Shown here piece after piece: positions 9,297-19,570 of a stretch of 64,000 bases of DNA; position 1 is the stretch's first letter, and every line of letters starts with the position of its first letter. Origin of the DNA: Haliscomenobacter sp. (GTDB taxonomy: Bacteria; Bacteroidota; Bacteroidia; Chitinophagales; Saprospiraceae); NCBI GenBank assembly GCA_016718685.1, contig JADKCX010000021.1:1650-65649 (forward strand), read 5' to 3'. Both the position numbers and the translations under genes were made by a program. The notes under the pieces are model-generated. The model saw only the letters and a list, made by a program, of their open reading frames with translations. It was not told the DNA's origin and searched no databases.

Positions 9297-12293
9297 TTAT
9301 CGTACCAAAGTGATATCCCCTTTAAAAAGCAACACTTCGTCGTCGATGAATTCAATCTCGGCCACATACACGTATACCCCTGAGGGCATAAGCTGGTCGC
9401 GATAGGTGCCATTCCAGCCCAAGGGCTCTTGTCCCATCGGAAGATCCTTTCCATCGAACATCTGTTCCCCCCAACGATCAAAAACTTGCAGGCGCCGAAT
9501 TTTTCGGGCCGCCGGGCCACCGTATAAAGTAAAAAAATCATTTTGCCCATCCTGGTCGGGCGTAAATGCATTAGGAGTATAAATGGGTCGGTTTTTAATC
9601 ACGGTTACCAATAATTCATCTTCCGCTTTACACCCCACCCCATCGGTCACTTCAATCCGAAAACGTACGGTACGCAAAGGACCGGCCAAGGTGGTTTGGC
9701 AAGTAGAACAAGTCACCAAATCAGCAGGAGACCATTGGTAAGTCACCCCAGCATTACTCGATGAAGCCGAAAGGGTGATTTTTTGACCCAAATCAATCGA
9801 TAAGTCCAAACCAGCATCAACCAATAAGGGCAAGGGCTGGTTGATTACCACATCCTGTGTGGCCGTGCAACCTCCTCCATCTTCTACGGCCACGGTATAA
9901 TTGCCAGCTAATAAACCAATAAACCTATTGTCACTTTGGAAAGGACCTCCATTGATGCCATATTTATAAGGAGGCCGCCCCCCCCGCACCAAGCAGGCTA
10001 ATGATGCCTGATGCATCCCCATAACATATCACGTCAATGGGCTGGATGTCACCAATACTTAGCAGAGGAGGGTCTACCAAAGTAGCAAGGGTATCTCGGT
10101 TACACCCGTTGGCGTCGGTCAGGGTTACCCGGTATGTGCCTGCCAGCAAATCGGAACGAAAAGGGGCTATTGAGCCATTGTCCCATACATAAGTATAGGT
10201 TCCGGTTCCACCTTCACCCGCAATGTCTACGGCACCGTCTTTGGCTCCAAAACAACTGGGGTCACTGCTATTCATTTGTAAAACCAGGCGCGGAAAATCT
10301 TCCACCGAAAAATTGAACTCCCCTTTGCACAAGTTTTGATCCTGCACGGCAACCCGGTAAGTGCCCGCTCGAATGTTGCGCAGCGAATTGTCTCCTCGAA
10401 AACCTTGCCCATCGTTCCAGTTGTACTGGTAAGGTCCTTGGCCATTGCCCAGGTTGACGATGATGGAACCGTTATCAAACCCAAAACAGGTAGGCCGGGT
10501 AATGGCGTCTACCGAAGGGTCCAGGCGTAAGGTGATTTCGCGCACCTTGAGCAAGGTATCTTTTTCACAGCCATTTTGGTCGCGCCAACGCAAGGTATAA
10601 TCCCCTGCAGCGACGTTGCGAAGGAATGGATTGGGACTTAAAGGCCCATTGTTCCAGCTGTATTGATACGGCGCGGTACCACCAGTAAGTTGAACGGAAA
10701 GTTCACCATCTCGGCCACCATTACAGGTTGCTTCTTTGTCTTGTGCGGCGAGCACAAATGGCGTTGGGCCTTTTATGGTGAAAGTAAGGGTAGTATCACA
10801 AGTGGCTTGATCTGTGATGTTGATGGAGTAGGTGCCCGGCGCGAGGTTTTGCAAGTCTTCGTTGCGGGTACCATTGTTCCAGGCATAAATATAGGGCCCA
10901 TAATCATTACTCACGCCTACGTCAATGGACCCAGTAAGACTACCCGGGCAGTTCTCGTCCCGGGTTTGGCCACTGAGGGTAAAATGATCCCTGCAACATT
11001 CTACTTCAATCTCTTTAACCTGGGTAACCTGACAGCCGTCTGTGCTGGTTACGTTCAGCACCACATTTTTTTTGCCTGGCCGGGTAAATTCTACTTTATG
11101 AGGGCCCTGGCCATTTACCACACCACTTTGGTTAGATGTCGGGCCAAAAACCCATTCCCATTTGGTGAATCCCCCATTAAAGCTAGACGCATCGGTAAAA
11201 CTCACTTCCTGTCCAATACAGGCTGGGCTGGAATCTAGGTTAAAATCGGCTTTGGGGCCTACAAAAGTACCCGTACCTCCGAAAGTAATGGTGTAGCCTG
11301 AGCCAGATTGGCTATAGTTATTGATTACCAAAGCATAGGCTTTGCCTTTTTCCATTGCTACAGCGGATAGAAAATTATTATAGCCTGTTTCACAACCGCA
11401 ATATTCAACATTTCCTTGTTCTCCTTCTCTCAATCCAGTGGCACCAGTACACCGGATCCAGGTACTCATAGGGCGATCTACGTTTTCCCCTGCTGACATA
11501 CAGCTAATGGCCCGCTTTCCTGAGCAACTATTCACGCCATTGGGAAGCTCAAAAAGTACAAAATCAATATCATCATCTGGGTTAAGTGGATTGATGTTGA
11601 AAGTTAAGGTTCCCGATACATCACAAGTCCATTTGAACCAGTTTGATTGGGATTCACTAGGGTTACAGCCCAGCCTGCCACAAACGCCGTCAATTTCAGT
11701 AGTGTCCAAACCTTCCCCTCGCACAAAAGGGATGCTAAGGGCTTTTTTGCTACAAAGGATGTTGCCAGTGGGGCAATCACTACTGGGTTGTTGCGTAGCA
11801 GAATAGTTATTGATACAAAGTTGAAAAGTACCATTCCCATTTACACGCGAGCTGACGCGAATGTAATAACGCTGTCCAATAATCAATCTGGATGAAAACT
11901 TTGAATGGAATTACGATTGAATGCATCCGAGATACAAGTATTGGCCTCTCTTAAATTACCACAAGTACCTGTATAAAGTGCAAACTGTGGCGATCGTAAA
12001 GTCCCACCTGCATTTAGCCGTGTAGCACCAGAGATACTAATATTGACATCAGAACCAATTGCATCAAACGCAAACCAAACATCATTTGGAACATTAGATG
12101 CTGGCATACACCCCGGAGTGGCAAGCCCAACGGTGGGCGTTGCCCCAACAGTAGTATATTGCCTTACCATCGAACACCACCCATCTAAACTATCCAACAC
12201 AATTGCATTGGCACAATTGTCGTTTACAGGAGCCTGAGCATGTAGACTACTCAGCGCACAACAGCAAAAAAACAGCATAAATATTTTTCTCAT
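9297..12293 (-). CDS. SprB-repeat/PKD cell-surface protein with T9SS type B sorting domain; two frame disruptions
   Basis: Three serial ORFs make one gene. 11883..12293 has signal peptide MRKIFMLFFCCCALSSLHAQ. 9964..11886 has PKD-like WEWVFG and SprB-type repeats (C.G..DG.......GG..PY.Y.WN.G). 9297..10022 has the last SprB repeat and the CTD (YTPNAFTPDQDGQNDFF...GVYVYVAEIE...GDITLVR). The first shift is near 11886-11900. The second is at the C8 (coding strand G8) run 9978..9985, where G7 would restore ...LLGAGGRPPYKYGINGGPF. Confidence 0.8.
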
Positions 12294-12409
12294 AGCCTAA
12301 CGATTTGGCCTCTCAATTTAAAAATTTTACCGAAGCTCTTACAAATAACGCCATTACCCGATATTTATATCACTCGAATTGCAAAGAGGATGATATTTTT
12401 GTGCATTGA

Positions 12410-13141
12410 ATGACAAAAAAAAGCCAAATGCTCCATCACTTGCCCAACGCTGTTACACTATTGAATCTTTTTTGTGGTGCTTGTGCAAGCCTTTGCATCA
12501 TCTACGGACGTTTGGAATGGGCCATCGGGTTGGTAGCACTTGGGGCATTGTTCGATTTATTGGACGGAATGGTGGCGCGATGGTTAAATGTGCACTCCGA
12601 ATTGGGCAAACAACTGGATTCACTGGCCGACATGGTCTCTTTTGGTTTGGTGCCGGGATTGATTGTATATGGACTTATTGCTGCAGCATGGCAGGGACAT
12701 TGGCCAAAAGATTTGGAACTACGGGCGCTCCCGGCTTTTTTACTCACGCTTTTTGCTGCCCTGCGCTTAGGCAAATTCAACCTGGATGAACGCCAAACGG
12801 AAGGTTTCTTGGGTTTGCCTACTCCGGGATGTACCCTGTTTATGATTGGATTACTGGGTTTGTACCTTTCTCCAGCGCCTGGTTTGGCTTTTCTTTTTAA
12901 TGTTGGCGTGCTTTATGGCATCACTTTGCTCTTTTCCGTCCTGATGGTGGTAGAAATTCCCATGTTCAGTTTTAAATTCAAAACCTTACAATGGACAGGC
13001 AATGAGATAAGGATTATCTTTGCGGCGATTTCAGTAGCATTGGTAGTTAGCTGGCAGGTGGCTGGCTTATCTGCTGTGGTGCTGCTGTACATCATATCTT
13101 CTTGTTTCATTCATTTCTTTAAGCGTAAACCATTGCCATGA
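12410..13141 (+). CDS. pssA: CDP-diacylglycerol--serine O-phosphatidyltransferase
   Basis: CDP-alcohol phosphatidyltransferase motif DLLDGMVARWLNVHSELGKQLDSLADMVSFG (DG..AR...G..LD...D). Multi-pass membrane protein of 243 aa. Confidence 0.85.
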   Translation: MTKKSQMLHHLPNAVTLLNLFCGACASLCIIYGRLEWAIGLVALGALFDLLDGMVARWLNVHSELGKQLDSLADMVSFGLVPGLIVYGLIAAAWQGHWPKDLELRALPAFLLTLFAALRLGKFNLDERQTEGFLGLPTPGCTLFMIGLLGLYLSPAPGLAFLFNVGVLYGITLLFSVLMVVEIPMFSFKFKTLQWTGNEIRIIFAAISVALVVSWQVAGLSAVVLLYIISSCFIHFFKRKPLP

Positions 13142-13392
13142 AATTTGTTGCAGAAATTGACATTATGCCCCATAAAGAATTGCTCGACCCCCAGGGTAAA
13201 GCAGTCTCCCATAACCTCAAAAACATCAACATCCAGGAAGTATCCGATGTGCGCATCGGCAAACACATCACCCTCACCCTGGAAGCCGAAACGGAAGATG
13301 CTGCCCGCGAAATCGTTGACAACGCCTGCCGCAAACTATTGGCCAACCTGATTATGGAAACCTTTACGTTTGAATTAAGCTCACAGGAATAG
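13138..13392 (+). CDS. purS: Phosphoribosylformylglycinamidine synthase subunit PurS
   Basis: 84 aa. MKFVAEIDIMPHKELLDPQGKAV...L matches the PurS pattern. ATGA overlap with the pssA stop. Confidence 0.9.
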   Translation: MKFVAEIDIMPHKELLDPQGKAVSHNLKNINIQEVSDVRIGKHITLTLEAETEDAAREIVDNACRKLLANLIMETFTFELSSQE

Positions 13393-13476
13393 GGTTTGAA
13401 GGTTCGGGAGTTCGAAGGTTCGAGGGTTTATGGCTCAGAACTCCCGAACCCCCGAACCTTCAACCCCCCGAACTCT
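13392..13476. repeat. Word-repeat palindrome (GGTTCGRG / CYCGAACC family)
   Basis: TTGAAGGTTCGGGAGTTCG (left) pairs with CGAACCCCCGAACCTTCAA (right) with one mismatch. The element fills the spacer from the purS stop to the rsmI start. Confidence 0.85.
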
Positions 13477-13483
13477 CCTCCAC

Positions 13484-14164
13484 ATGACCCTCTACCTCGT
13501 TCCAACCCCCATCGGTAACCTTGAAGACATCACCCTCCGTGCCATCCGGGTACTCAAAGAGGTGGATCTCATTCTTGCCGAAGATACCCGAACCTCGCGC
13601 AAGTTGTTGGATCACTATGGGATAGGAACTCCCCTCTGGGCCCATCACGCGCACAATGAGCATACGGCCATCAGCAGTATCCTGCGCGAAATGCAAGGGG
13701 GTAAAAATATTGCCCTGATTTCGGATGCTGGAACCCCTGGTATATCTGACCCCGGGTTTTTATTGGTACGGGAATGTGTGCGCAACGGAATTAAAGTGGA
13801 GTGTTTGCCCGGGGCGTCGGCGCTGGTTCCCGCCCTGGTTGTATCGGGTTTACCTTGTGATCGGTTCCATTTCGAGGGGTTTTTACCCCACAAGAAAGGG
13901 CGACAAACCCGCGTTCAATACCTGTCGGTTTTACCCAATACTTTTGCCTTGTACGAGTCACCACACCGGCTGGTCAAATGTTTGGAGCAACTGATCCCTT
14001 TTTGTGGTGTCGAACGCAGCGCTTGTGTGGTACGCGAACTCAGTAAATTACACGAAGAGGCTCATCGTGGTACTTTGGAATCGCTGGCAGCGTTTTTTAA
14101 ACAACATCCCGAAAAAGTCAAAGGGGAAATTGTCATTGTTGTAGCTGGAAGTACTGAAACATGA
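13484..14164 (+). CDS. rsmI: 16S rRNA (cytidine1402-2'-O)-methyltransferase RsmI
   Basis: MTLYLVPTPIGNLEDITLRAIRVLKEVDLILAEDTR is the canonical RsmI N-terminus. The 18-aa upstream extension in the ORF track is hairpin translation. Confidence 0.9.
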   Translation: MTLYLVPTPIGNLEDITLRAIRVLKEVDLILAEDTRTSRKLLDHYGIGTPLWAHHAHNEHTAISSILREMQGGKNIALISDAGTPGISDPGFLLVRECVRNGIKVECLPGASALVPALVVSGLPCDRFHFEGFLPHKKGRQTRVQYLSVLPNTFALYESPHRLVKCLEQLIPFCGVERSACVVRELSKLHEEAHRGTLESLAAFFKQHPEKVKGEIVIVVAGSTET

Positions 14165-14214
14165 TAAGAGGACGCAGAGAAAGGGGGGGCTGCAGCCAAT
14201 GTTTAGCTTAGAAG

Positions 14215-15240
14215 ATGAAAAAAATGAAAAAGATGAAAAATAAATTGGCCCTTTTAGGTGGACTTTTGTGCACACTGGCTCTGGTATTCACTTTTTGCAA
14301 AAACCCGGCAAAAGAGCCTGTTGTTGATGAAAAACCAGCACAGACCGTAAAAGTTCCTGCCTTCAACCGTGATTCCGCATTTCAATACGTGGTTAAACAA
14401 ACTGAGTTTGGTCCGCGTGTACCCAATACCGCCGCCCACCAGGCTTGTAAAGCCTGGATCTCCACTCAACTTAAAACCTTCGGCATGGAGGTGATTGAAC
14501 AAAATTTTCAAGCTAAAGCCTATACCGGTACCACACTCAACGGTACCAACATCATTGGGCAGTACAAGCCCGAACTCAGCCGCCGCATTTTGTTGGCCGC
14601 ACACTGGGATTCACGTCCTTTTGCCGACTCTCCCCTGTTTAAAGGAGATAAAACCCAACCGGTTATGGGGGCTGACGATGGTGGCAGTGGTGTAGGTGTA
14701 CTCCTGGAAATTGCCCGTCAGTTGCAAGCCAATCCAGTGGAGATTGGCGTGGACATCGTCTTTTTTGATGCTGAAGATTACGGCGACGGCAGCGACAACC
14801 CCAAAGCACATAGCTGGTGTCTGGGTGCGCAGCACTGGTCCAAAAACTTACACTACAAAAATAAGATTAGACCCGAGTACGGCATCTTGCTCGATATGGT
14901 TGGAGCATCCTCCGCTCGTTTTGGCTTTGATGCTATCTCCTACAAACAGGCTAGCGATGTATTACAAAAAGTATGGGGTTTGGCCAAGGAAATGGGGTAT
15001 GGACAATATTTTGTGGAGGAGATAACTGGCGAAATTACCGATGATCACGTGTATGTCAATTACATCGCAGGCATAAAAATGATCGACATCATCAATAAGC
15101 CAAAAGGCAGTGAAACTGGGTTTGTGCCACACTGGCATACCGATGAAGATACCATCGATAAAATTGACCCTTATACCCTGCGTGCCGTCGGTCAGGTGTT
15201 ATTAGCGGTGATCTATCGAGAATTCAATGGGGAACTGTAA
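14215..15240 (+). CDS. M28-family peptidase / glutaminyl-cyclase-like protein
   Basis: Signal/lipoprotein N-terminus. M28 metal-ligand context AHWDSRPFAD...GADDGGSGVGVLLEIARQL...DIVFFDAEDYG...HWHTDEDT. Confidence 0.75.
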   Translation: MKKMKKMKNKLALLGGLLCTLALVFTFCKNPAKEPVVDEKPAQTVKVPAFNRDSAFQYVVKQTEFGPRVPNTAAHQACKAWISTQLKTFGMEVIEQNFQAKAYTGTTLNGTNIIGQYKPELSRRILLAAHWDSRPFADSPLFKGDKTQPVMGADDGGSGVGVLLEIARQLQANPVEIGVDIVFFDAEDYGDGSDNPKAHSWCLGAQHWSKNLHYKNKIRPEYGILLDMVGASSARFGFDAISYKQASDVLQKVWGLAKEMGYGQYFVEEITGEITDDHVYVNYIAGIKMIDIINKPKGSETGFVPHWHTDEDTIDKIDPYTLRAVGQVLLAVIYREFNGEL

Positions 15241-15343
15241 TTGTTAGTTTAAAAAAGCACCAAACCCTGGAACGGAAGAACTTTGTGCAAACACATCAAC
15301 GTGATGTAGCAATATTGCTGCTTGTGCTAAAACCTCTTCCTTT

Positions 15344-16699
15344 ATGAAAACACCTTTAGCAGGTCTTTGGAGTCTGGCACAGACGCTATTGACCCAAAAA
15401 CCGATGTTGAAAAACCTACCTGTATTTTCTGCCTACCTTGCGATGCTTGTTCTTGTTTGCAACAGCTTACAACTTACCGCTCAGGAAACGTATGCCCCCA
15501 ACCTTCAGGCCATCCAGCGCCAATTGTCGATCAAACTACCTTTTGCCAGAGTAGCCCAAAACCTGAACGTTGAGGTCATCAACAACCTCGTTATCGTTGA
15601 AGGTGACATCATCCTGGGGCCACTCGTGAGTTTTGAAGGCGATAATGCCGTAGCCATTGATGGCGCACAATACCGCTGGCCAGGTTCGGTGATTCCGTAC
15701 ACCATTGCTCCTGGCCATCCACAAATGGCTGCCATTCAGTGGGCCATCAACCACGTGAACAGCAATACCAACATCTGCTTAGTGCCCCGTACCAACCAGG
15801 GGGATTTTGTTCGATTCGTTTCCGGTTCGGGCTGCGCCTCTTACGTAGGTAGGCAAGGTGGAATGCAGGACATCGTGATTGGCAACTGCTCTCAGGGCAG
15901 CATTGCCCACGAAATTTGTCATGCCGCCGGACTTTGGCATGAGCATTCGCGCGCCGATCGCGACAACTTCATTACCGTCAATTGGGCCAACATTACCGCT
16001 GGGAAAGAGCACAATTTCAACAAACACGTAGCCGACGGTACAGACATTGGTACTTATGACTATGGCTCGATCATGCATTATGGAACGCATGGTTTTTCCA
16101 AAAACGGACAGCCTACCATTTCGATTCGCAAACCTCCGGGCACCAATGCGACTACAATTGGCCAACGCAATGCCATGAGTCCGAAGGATAAAGCCGCAAT
16201 CAATAATCTGTATGCACCTGGTCCTTGTAAGTCGACCGATTGTGGTACAGAAGATTGTTTAACTTTTAATCCAGGAGGCCTTATGGTCAAACAAAACGGC
16301 AATATTTGGCAAGTGATCAGCGGCAATAGTGCCATGTTTGCAGCCCCAAACAAAACCGAAGCTGACCGCATTGTACAATTGCTCAAGCACCTGGGTTTCA
16401 CCCGCAACTGTTATGTGGGACGCCCCGCACCTTCATTCCAGTACAGTTTGGTCAATGCGGCTGCGTCCAATGCGCCTATGCTGGCTGGCGAAGATTGTAT
16501 CAGTTTTAATCCGGCCAACCTGAAAATTCAAACCATTAGCGGGCGCATTAAAATCACCGATGGCAATAGCCTGCTCTTCGATTTTGGCACCTCAATGGCT
16601 GAAGCACAATTGGCACTCTGTTTGATCAAAAAGTACAAATTCACCAAAACCTGCTACGTAGGCCGCCCCGATCCTTCATTCCAATACATGCGCAAATGA
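15344..16699 (+). CDS. Astacin-family (M12A) zinc metallopeptidase with duplicated C-terminal module
   Basis: Exact astacin signature HEICHAAGLWHEHSRADRD plus Met-turn SIMHY. Signal peptide present. The C-terminal ~150 aa is two copies of a ~75-aa module, each ending CYVGRP.PSFQY. Confidence 0.85.
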   Translation: MKTPLAGLWSLAQTLLTQKPMLKNLPVFSAYLAMLVLVCNSLQLTAQETYAPNLQAIQRQLSIKLPFARVAQNLNVEVINNLVIVEGDIILGPLVSFEGDNAVAIDGAQYRWPGSVIPYTIAPGHPQMAAIQWAINHVNSNTNICLVPRTNQGDFVRFVSGSGCASYVGRQGGMQDIVIGNCSQGSIAHEICHAAGLWHEHSRADRDNFITVNWANITAGKEHNFNKHVADGTDIGTYDYGSIMHYGTHGFSKNGQPTISIRKPPGTNATTIGQRNAMSPKDKAAINNLYAPGPCKSTDCGTEDCLTFNPGGLMVKQNGNIWQVISGNSAMFAAPNKTEADRIVQLLKHLGFTRNCYVGRPAPSFQYSLVNAAASNAPMLAGEDCISFNPANLKIQTISGRIKITDGNSLLFDFGTSMAEAQLALCLIKKYKFTKTCYVGRPDPSFQYMRK

Positions 16700-17220
16700 T
16701 AAAAATGGCTCATTGCTTAGTATTGGCATTGATGGCCGGTACAGCTCTCAGTTGTACGAGTCCAGCCAAAACCGAAACACTCGTCGTGCAGCACTACAAA
16801 GTACCCTGCCAAGGCGAATCTACCATGATGTGTTATTTGGTGAAAAAACAAGGCCAAGAAGACTGGGAGTATTTTTATGACGAAATCCAGGGCCTGGATT
16901 ACGAATGGGGACACGTTTATACGCTTGAAGTATCTACCGAAACCATCGCCAATCCACCGCAGGATGGATCTTCCTTTTCGACCAAGGTTGAAAAAGTACT
17001 GAAAAAAGAGAAGGTTGCCGAAGGGACGACTTTTGAACTGCCTTTAACCGTAGAAGGTGCACCAATGCTGACGCAAAAGGGACAAAGCTGGACTTACTTC
17101 AATACCATTGAGGTTGTTTCATCACCGTCCCTCGATTCTTTGATCCAAAAATCCAGCACGGGCGTATTTGCGCAACAAACGGGAAAATCGAACATTTTGC
17201 GTTTGGTAAGTGTGAAATGA
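16696..17220 (+). CDS. DUF4377-like lipoprotein
   Basis: Lipobox LMAGTALSC. The segment VVQHYKVPCQGESTMMCYLVKK...WEYFYDEIQGLDYEWGHVYTLEV resembles DUF4377. ATGA overlap with the astacin stop suggests translational coupling. Confidence 0.55.
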   Translation: MIKMAHCLVLALMAGTALSCTSPAKTETLVVQHYKVPCQGESTMMCYLVKKQGQEDWEYFYDEIQGLDYEWGHVYTLEVSTETIANPPQDGSSFSTKVEKVLKKEKVAEGTTFELPLTVEGAPMLTQKGQSWTYFNTIEVVSSPSLDSLIQKSSTGVFAQQTGKSNILRLVSVK

Positions 17221-17241
17221 CCACTACTGACAAATAGAATC

Positions 17242-17285
17242 AACAGCCCTCAAAGTGCATCTGGCCTTTGGGGGCTGTTCTTTTG
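17242..17285 (+). terminator. Rho-independent terminator after the astacin/DUF4377 pair
   Basis: AACAGCCCTCAAAG (17242-17255) pairs 13/14 with CTTTGGGGGCTGTT (17266-17279), followed by CTTTTG. Confidence 0.6.
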
Positions 17286-17319
17286 ACAAGAATCGAAAAA
17301 AGTATGCTATTTTTCGGGA

Positions 17320-18132
17320 ATGCAAAAAAACATACTTCAGCTTTCCGGCGGGCAACTGCAATACCTCCAGTATGGAACCGGCTCCCGCTTGTGGATTGCC
17401 TTTCACGGCTTTGCACGGGAAGGCAGTAGTTTTGCCTCTTTAGCTCAATTTTTACCGAAAAACACTTGTTTGATTGCCCTGGATTTACCCTGGCACGGAG
17501 GAACGGAGTGGCGTGAAACCAACTTTACGGTTGCAGATATCGTTCAAGCGATCGATCAATTGTTGCGCCTCAGGCAACAGACTCATTACACGGCCCTGGG
17601 TTTTAGTTTTGGTGCCCGGCTTTGTTTAGCCTTGGCCAGTGTTGAAGCACGGCGTTGGGAGCGCCTGATTTTACTAGCACCAGATGGATTGCCCCGAGGC
17701 GGGTGGTATCAATTCGTAGATCAAGTTCCGTTGGGATTCAAAAAACAGGTAGTCAAGCTATTCGCTCAGGCCCAAGTATTGTTGCGATTGGCCAGCACCT
17801 TGTACAATTGGAAATTATTGGATGGACTCAGCTATCGCTTTTTGCGTTTGCATTTGCAGTCTGAATCCAGTTGCAAACGCTTGGCTGGAATCTGGATTTC
17901 GGCAGCGGCCTTTCCTTCTTTGCGAAAATCCTTTAAACAGATAGCTGCTACGCCACACTTGCCGGTGCAATTGGTTACAGGAAATGAAGATTCAGTTATT
18001 CCTCAAACTGCTTTTGCCCATTTGGCTCAACACATTCCCCAGCTACAGTGGACAAAACTTGCCCATGCTGATCATGACCTACTCAGTGCTGCAGTATTGC
18101 CCCGATGGGGAAACATTATTCAAGAATCCTGA
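17320..18132 (+). CDS. Alpha/beta-fold hydrolase
   Basis: HGF oxyanion-type start (WIAFHGFAREGSSF), nucleophile elbow GFSFG, C-terminal AHADHDLL (His). 270 aa. Confidence 0.75.
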   Translation: MQKNILQLSGGQLQYLQYGTGSRLWIAFHGFAREGSSFASLAQFLPKNTCLIALDLPWHGGTEWRETNFTVADIVQAIDQLLRLRQQTHYTALGFSFGARLCLALASVEARRWERLILLAPDGLPRGGWYQFVDQVPLGFKKQVVKLFAQAQVLLRLASTLYNWKLLDGLSYRFLRLHLQSESSCKRLAGIWISAAAFPSLRKSFKQIAATPHLPVQLVTGNEDSVIPQTAFAHLAQHIPQLQWTKLAHADHDLLSAAVLPRWGNIIQES

Positions 18133-19570
18133 CCCGAATTCCCGTCCAGAGTGACATCGTGCTGATGCGGTCGCGGCTAGGACCAAAACCATCCGAAAAA
18201 TGCCCCATCGAATGTTGATAGGTGGGCTGCACAAAAAGACTCCAGCGATCGGACATAAAATGCTCTACGCCCAGGCCAAGGTTGCCCGTGATGTAGCCAT
18301 TTTCTTTGATCGATCCCCCTTCTAAAACACCTCCAGAGGTATTGTCGAAAGGTACATTTCGCATCTCTGGTTTCAGCGGCCCCGTGACGGAAGACGCAGT
18401 GGTAATGAAATACGAAGTTGAAGCCGCAACCTGTAGTGATGCGCCCATCACTGCATACAAGCGGGTACGTTTGTGGAGGTAAAAATTGTACCGCGCATGG
18501 AAAGGAATGTTGATGATGTCGAGCGCCACCTGATTGAAGTAAGCCGCCGTATAACCTTGAGCTGAGTTGCCCTGATATTTCACAATTTGACGTGGATTGT
18601 AGGGTTTTGCAGCATAAATTAAACCGGTACCCAATTCCCAACGACCACGTTCGGCCGAAAAGAGGATACCACCCCCGTAACCCATGGCGTAACGCTCAAA
18701 AGCGTCGGTTCGGGTCTCTTGATTAGGAGGAGTAATGATGCGGTTGTAATCCGGGCCCCCAAACATGGCGGCACTCAGGATGGTTTTTTTGCGGAAGGGT
18801 TTAAGTGTATTGGCTTCAAAAATGCTCAAGCGGCGTTCCAATACTGCGTTAGAACGTTGTTGAGCCAAAGGGGTCAACTGATTGCCAAAAACATAATAAT
18901 TGGACATTGCCTCGGCGTGCTTTTCGTCTTCCACCATCGGGTTTTGTGCCTCCAATTCGGGCGTTTTGCCCTGGATTTGCCGATTGGCAGACTCAAGGGT
19001 AGCCAGGGACATATTGGGATGAGATACAATTTCTATTTCAGGAGCATCAGAAGACAAGTACGTTTCGTGGGCGTTGAAGCCATCATTGGAGCTGGTCTGC
19101 TTCCGGTTCTGGTGATGGTTCGCGGATGAACGTGACCCAGACGATGCTGCAATACTTGATTTATTCGGCTGTTGCTCGGCAATAACCTTAGGCGTAGAAT
19201 CAGAAATAGGCATCGGGAAAATAGCCTTGTTTTCGGGATTGGACAAGGGCAACTGGATAAAGAGCAGCAACACCAGGGTAAAAACTAGGATTTCACTCAC
19301 TTTAGATCCCAAAATGAGGTTGCGCAGGTAGATGGCTTCTTCCATGCGCCTACGCAAACGAGCCCAATGGCGAGGTACAGCACCTACGTTAAAATGGCGC
19401 ATCTGCAGAAATACCTCCCGGTCAAAAGCCGTTTCATTTGCGTTTAGTGGCTCCAGTTCTTCATCAGAAGCCAACGCTTCTTGCATCCGTTGCCAATGGT
19501 CGGCACGGAACTCCGGATTCAGGTTCTCCAGTTTTTCGCGAATGAGTCGGTCAAATTGCGGCTGCTCCAT
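18116..19570 (-). CDS. Putative anti-sigma factor / membrane protein with beta-barrel-like C-terminal domain
   Basis: Overlaps the upstream ECF sigma gene by 20 nt. It has a cytoplasmic N-domain, one TM segment (SEILVFTLVLLLFIQLPL), a low-complexity linker and a C-terminal region of alternating beta pattern. The function is inferred from context only. Confidence 0.45.
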   Translation of the reverse strand: MEQPQFDRLIREKLENLNPEFRADHWQRMQEALASDEELEPLNANETAFDREVFLQMRHFNVGAVPRHWARLRRRMEEAIYLRNLILGSKVSEILVFTLVLLLFIQLPLSNPENKAIFPMPISDSTPKVIAEQQPNKSSIAASSGSRSSANHHQNRKQTSSNDGFNAHETYLSSDAPEIEIVSHPNMSLATLESANRQIQGKTPELEAQNPMVEDEKHAEAMSNYYVFGNQLTPLAQQRSNAVLERRLSIFEANTLKPFRKKTILSAAMFGGPDYNRIITPPNQETRTDAFERYAMGYGGGILFSAERGRWELGTGLIYAAKPYNPRQIVKYQGNSAQGYTAAYFNQVALDIINIPFHARYNFYLHKRTRLYAVMGASLQVAASTSYFITTASSVTGPLKPEMRNVPFDNTSGGVLEGGSIKENGYITGNLGLGVEHFMSDRWSLFVQPTYQHSMGHFSDGFGPSRDRISTMSLWTGIRVRILE

